Part shown: positions 60,727-63,860 of the stretch, piece by piece
Position numbering within the stretch: the first letter of the stretch is position 1
How the letters are laid out: every line of letters begins with the position of its first letter
IMG/VR virus record: IMGVR_UViG_3300045391_003291
Coordinates: 1-63,860 of that record
Origin: a virus
Direction: 5' to 3' (one strand)
DNA: 63,860 nucleotides
Translations under genes and position numbers: made by a program
Notes under the pieces: model-generated
Database searches by the model: none
What the model was told of the DNA's origin: nothing
What the model saw: the letters and a program-made list of their open reading frames with translations, nothing else

Positions 60727-60758
60727 AAAACCCGGCACTAGAGGGGGCCAGTGCCGGG
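60725..60758 (-). terminator. Intrinsic terminator oriented leftward: 9-bp stem CCCGGCACT/AGTGCCGGG followed by U6 on the minus strand
   Basis: A6 at 60725-60730 immediately 5' of the stem on the plus strand, and only TT on the 3' side. Confidence 0.7.
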
Positions 60759-60826
60759 TTCAGATTGACCTTGACGGCGGGGGGGCCGTTCGGTCTACGA
60801 TGCGGGGGTCTAGTCACACATCGCGA
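60725..60826 (-). ncRNA. Candidate ~100-nt small RNA (C-tract-rich)
   Basis: Minus-strand promoter TTGACA (60860-60855)-N17-GACAAT (60837-60832) and the leftward terminator bracket a stretch with no ORF. Confidence 0.35.
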
Positions 60827-60831
60827 GACAA

Positions 60832-60860
60832 ATTGTCACCGGCCACATCGGCCCTGTCAA
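60832..60860 (-). promoter_or_regulatory. Candidate leftward promoter TTGACA-N17-GACAAT
   Basis: Complemented and counted base by base. Confidence 0.4.
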
Positions 60861-61037
60861 ATACCCTCGCAGGCTTTACCCCACGGACCGGCCTCCGCCC
60901 GTTAGAAGTTGGGGTTCAACTGTGCCCGCACGGAACTCAAAGCAGTAGGCCGTTGAATCGGCCGGGCTGGCTGAAGCGCGAGGCCCGGGGACTATCGAGA
61001 GATAGCATCGCGCTGCCCGAAAGGGCCAGGATCAATC

Positions 61038-61076
61038 CCTCTTCCTACTTTCTCCTTTGGAGGGGGTAGGGGGAGG
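61038..61076 (+). other. Long hairpin made of a pyrimidine tract then a purine tract (CCTCTTCCTAC ... GTAGGGGGAGG; inner CTCC-TTT-GGAG)
   Basis: 11-bp outer stem (2 G-U) plus a 4-bp inner stem paired by hand, 27 nt upstream of the ATG at 61104. Confidence 0.5.
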
Positions 61077-61103
61077 CTTTCACAGGATCAGTAGAGGTTT
61101 CTG

Positions 61104-61622
61104 ATGTGTCTGACGATTGAGGAATTCCAGTCTGAGGGTCGCGTGATGGGCCGCTTCCTGGTCGACGGCACGCCGATCGGAGAGGCTGAGAAGGTGAACG
61201 GCGGGTACTGGCTACTCCCGCGTGCGAAGAACCTACGGGACCAGGACGAGGCCGCCAAGGCCATGCTCGAAGGCTACCTCGTGAAGATCAGGGCGAAGGA
61301 GAGGAAGTGTCTGGAGCTCCTGGAATCGATCGGCGTGCGCAAGCAACAGCCGAAAGCACTGTTCGAATTCTCGTTGCCACCGTTCATCAAAGCCGAATCA
61401 TGGAACGGGTTTGTGGAGATGAGGAAGAGGATCAAGAAGCCACTCACCCCGCGCGCTACGGACATGCTGATCAAGAAGCTCAAGACCTTTCACGACGAGA
61501 GAATCGACGTCAACGACTGCCTCGATCGATCGACGTTCAAGAACTGGACTGACGTGTACAGGCCCGAAGGCGATAAGCCTCAGCATCAGATCGTTGAACT
61601 CGATTCAGGGGATGAGACGTGA
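61104..61622 (+). CDS. replication-associated protein, candidate helicase loader/initiator-like (172 aa)
   Basis: GTGA-coupled to dnaB. C-terminal PPFIKAESWNGFVEMRKRIKKPLTPRATDMLIKKLKTF resembles a motif I recall from phage replication/DnaT-like proteins. Confidence 0.5.
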   Translation: MCLTIEEFQSEGRVMGRFLVDGTPIGEAEKVNGGYWLLPRAKNLRDQDEAAKAMLEGYLVKIRAKERKCLELLESIGVRKQQPKALFEFSLPPFIKAESWNGFVEMRKRIKKPLTPRATDMLIKKLKTFHDERIDVNDCLDRSTFKNWTDVYRPEGDKPQHQIVELDSGDET

Positions 61623-63004
61623 GTCTATCGGCAACACCGAAGCATCCTCCTTACTCAATGGAGGGAGAGCAGTCTGTACTTGGCGGCCTGATGCTGGATA
61701 ACGAGGCGTGGTACGACGTTTCGTCGATCCTCACGAAGGAAGACTTCTATACCCAAGACCACCGGTTAATTTTCTCTCAGATCGAGCAGCTGATTACTTC
61801 AGGTAGTCCTTGCGACTTCCTTACGCTCGCAGAGCACATGCGGAGCAACGGCACTCTCAAGGAAGCTGGAGACATCTCCTACCTTGGGACGCTATCAGCC
61901 GATACGCCTAGTGCCGCCAACGTTCGCGCATACGCTGAAATCGTTCGAGAGAGATCCGTTCTTCGATCGATGATTGCGATCGGAAACCAGATTGCGGACA
62001 TGGGCTATAACCCTGACGGCCGGTCTCCGAAAGAGTTGCTGGCGGAAGCCGAGCTCTCACTCAGTAATGTCCAGGTGCGAAAACGTTCCACTGTTAAATC
62101 GATGTCGGAGATGGTGGAAATAGGTCTCGGATACGTTGAGGAGGCCAAGAAACGAAGAGAGAGCGGGGAGAAGCTCGGTATCGAGTGGGGTATCCCTTGG
62201 TTCGATAACCGAACTGGAGGGATGCAGCCGGCTCAGTTCATCATCATCGCCGCCAGGCCGTCTTTGGGTAAGACTGCTCTGTTGAATCAGATCGCCATTC
62301 ACGCGGCCAAGAACAACAACCCAGGGATCATCTTCAGCTTGGAGATGAACGACGCTCAGCTTGCCATTCGCAGCATGGCTCACGAAGCGCAGGTGAATGT
62401 AACCAGGCTTAAGTTCGGATCAACGGATGAGGTGAACGAGGCGTCTGCTGCTGCGGTCAAGATGATGAACTACCCGCTTTACTTCGATACCGAGAGCTAC
62501 GATTTGCACAGCATCGTTGCCACCCTTGCGAACAAGAAGCGCACAGCGGGTATCAAGTGGGCTGCGATAGATCACATCGGCTTGATCGAGATGCCAGGCA
62601 ACCTCAAGGACGTCGAGCGTCTCACGATCATCTCTCGCCGTCTCAAGAAGCTATCGAAGCAGTTGCAGATCCCGATCATCGCGCTCAGCCAGCTCAACCG
62701 GGGCGTGGAGAAAGAGAAGCGATCACCGAAGCTGTCGGACCTCAGGGACTCTGGAAGCTTGGAGCAGGATGCCGACATCGTCGTTTTCATCCACACTGAT
62801 TCGCCAGATGGGACCATACCTCTACCCATCCAGTTTTACCTATCCAAGAATCGCGACGGGCGCCGCGGCAGCAGCAAGAAGGAATTCGAATTCGTAGGTT
62901 CTACGCAGACATACCGCAATCGTCCTGTTGAAGATCAGCAAGAGGACGACAACCATCCGCCGGTGCCTACACAAGCGCCGCTCAGTTATGGAGAGGACTA
63001 CTGA
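61619..63004 (+). CDS. dnaB: replicative DNA helicase DnaB
   Basis: PPYSMEGEQSVLGGLMLDN N-terminus, Walker A ARPSLGKT, and IIALSQLNRGVEKEKRSPKLSDLRDSGSLEQDADIVVFIH. Confidence 0.92.
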   Translation: MSLSATPKHPPYSMEGEQSVLGGLMLDNEAWYDVSSILTKEDFYTQDHRLIFSQIEQLITSGSPCDFLTLAEHMRSNGTLKEAGDISYLGTLSADTPSAANVRAYAEIVRERSVLRSMIAIGNQIADMGYNPDGRSPKELLAEAELSLSNVQVRKRSTVKSMSEMVEIGLGYVEEAKKRRESGEKLGIEWGIPWFDNRTGGMQPAQFIIIAARPSLGKTALLNQIAIHAAKNNNPGIIFSLEMNDAQLAIRSMAHEAQVNVTRLKFGSTDEVNEASAAAVKMMNYPLYFDTESYDLHSIVATLANKKRTAGIKWAAIDHIGLIEMPGNLKDVERLTIISRRLKKLSKQLQIPIIALSQLNRGVEKEKRSPKLSDLRDSGSLEQDADIVVFIHTDSPDGTIPLPIQFYLSKNRDGRRGSSKKEFEFVGSTQTYRNRPVEDQQEDDNHPPVPTQAPLSYGEDY

Positions 63005-63357
63005 TGAGTGAAGAAAAGACGTGTGAAAGGAAAAAGTCGAAACCAAAGAGCCCAACAGCCCGTAGCCTGGAATATCTTCGAAAGCAGGGATACACCGTTG
63101 CGGTAGTAGAGAAATTCAATTCGTTCACGAAGACTAGAAACGATTTGTTCGGATTCATAGATGTATTGGCAATACGACGCAATGAGACACTAGCAGTTCA
63201 GGCGACTAGTCGAGACCATGTCGCCCATCGCATCGCTAAGATTTCTGAGTGCGAGCACTTGGGAGCAGTTAGAGAGGCCGGCTGGAAGATAGTTGTTCAT
63301 GGGTGGTCAAAGATGGCCAGCGGGAAATGGGAGTTAAGGGAAGTTGATGTTAGCTAG
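63004..63357 (+). CDS. Hjc-like PD-(D/E)xK-fold nuclease candidate (117 aa)
   Basis: SLEYLRKQGYTVAVVEK...DLFGFIDVLAIRRNETLAVQATS parallels the remembered archaeal Hjc layout. The E-x-K position reads Q-A-T. Confidence 0.4.
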   Translation: MSEEKTCERKKSKPKSPTARSLEYLRKQGYTVAVVEKFNSFTKTRNDLFGFIDVLAIRRNETLAVQATSRDHVAHRIAKISECEHLGAVREAGWKIVVHGWSKMASGKWELREVDVS

Positions 63358-63362
63358 ATTTC

Positions 63363-63569
63363 TTACGGAGATTTGACCCCGCAGTTTCTCAAGAAACGTA
63401 TTTTATCAAACTGCTGTCCCTGAATATCAGCCTCCTTTTTGAAGGTGATAGCCAGGTTCTGGCAATCGACTGAGTGCTGAATGCGCGCTTCCTGTGGCGC
63501 GTCATGTGCGGGCTTAGCTCGCTTCAGTGTGTCAGCAACAAGTTTCCAATCACGTCGTGTGAAGCTCAT
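63363..63569 (-). CDS. hypothetical protein (68 aa), last gene of the wrap-around leftward operon
   Basis: ORF track. ATGA overlap with the Gly-X protein stop. Confidence 0.55.
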   Translation of the reverse strand: MSFTRRDWKLVADTLKRAKPAHDAPQEARIQHSVDCQNLAITFKKEADIQGQQFDKIRFLRNCGVKSP

Positions 63570-63860
63570 AGAATTGTTCTCATCATTGAGTGAGTGTAAA
63601 GCGGTGCATGAACCTGCAAGAAGGTAGTTGCATCGGTTACGCCGTTGGCAACAAGAAGCTCAGCCGCGTCGCGCCATTCACCTATGGTGGTATCAGGTTG
63701 TAGATGGGTGTCGCCATAGCCATTGCCATTGCCATTGCCATCGCCATTGCCATCGCCATCGCCATAGCCATAGCCATAGCCATCGCCATCGCCATTGCCA
63801 TCGCCATTGCCATCGCCATCGCCATAGCCATAGCCATTGCCATCGCCATCGCCATTGCCA
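63566..63860 (-). CDS. 3' part of the wrap-around Gly-X repeat protein gene
   Basis: In-frame reading ...GYGDTHLQPDTTIGEWRDAAELLVANGVTDATTFLQVHAPLYTHSMMRTIL, stop at 63568-63566. Open to the window end. Confidence 0.6.
   Translation of the reverse strand, partial: GNGDGDGNGYGYGDGDGNGDGNGDGDGYGYGYGDGDGNGDGNGNGNGYGDTHLQPDTTIGEWRDAAELLVANGVTDATTFLQVHAPLYTHSMMRTIL
63710..63860 (-). repeat. Hexanucleotide tandem repeat (GCCATN)n: 24 GCCATN units plus the flanking Gly-Asp (GAC) codon pair at 63710-63715. The last 8 units duplicate the window start.
   Basis: Read directly. Together with 1-95 it gives 32 units in the closed circle. Confidence 0.95.

Noticed and set aside
63710-63860. End repeats as a CRISPR array or as direct terminal repeats of the virion DNA
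   Set aside because: The period is 6 nt with no spacers, and it is in frame as Gly-X codons. The identical 51-nt ends are explained by circular assembly overlap.
1-63860. Search for CRISPR arrays, reverse transcriptase/DGR or retron elements, rRNA, transposases and tyrosine integrases
   Set aside because: I recognised none in any frame or in the repeats. Their absence is by eye only and should be confirmed with profile searches.

Overview
The window is a complete, circularly closed genome of a tailed dsDNA phage. Its first 51 nt are identical to its last 51 nt, so the unit length is 63,809 bp. The phage looks podovirus-like: there are no tape-measure or sheath genes, and there are very large internal virion proteins. 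The host is probably a GC-rich Gram-negative bacterium, judged from Shine-Dalgarno sites, lipobox and Sec signal peptides, and a GH108 endolysin.

There are four transcription blocks:
1. Rightward, 6.15-47.3 kb. It starts with an AT-rich island of tandem paralogous small genes, a cluster of consensus DnaA boxes and a TerS-like gene. A 4-kb accessory region follows, with four copies of a promoter/operator module, two structured leader RNAs carrying tRNA T-arm mimics, a tRNA-Gly(UCC)-like gene and a small serine recombinase. Then come TerL, portal, an antisense two-gene insert, scaffold, major capsid, connector and tail genes, a 1938-aa polyvalent virion protein, fibre and beta-helix proteins, and the lysis cassette.
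2. Leftward early operon, 60.3-47.35 kb, with about 37 small genes. These include Erf, a YqaJ-type exonuclease, HNH, a compact C5-methyltransferase, a lipoprotein, and a terminal secreted mini-peptide.
3. Rightward replication block, 60.5-63.36 kb: a small regulator, a loader-like protein, DnaB and an Hjc-like nuclease.
4. Leftward operon running from 6.0 kb across the window junction to 63.36 kb. It holds a MoxR-like AAA+ ATPase, a DUF3150-like protein, a Lar-like protein, a VWA-metallopeptidase, and a Gly-X dipeptide-repeat protein whose gene spans the junction.

Most neighbouring genes are translationally coupled through ATGA, GTGA or TGATG overlaps, and I used these to fix start codons. 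All functional calls rest on motifs I read by eye in the translations. No database search was possible, so family names are recollection-based hypotheses.
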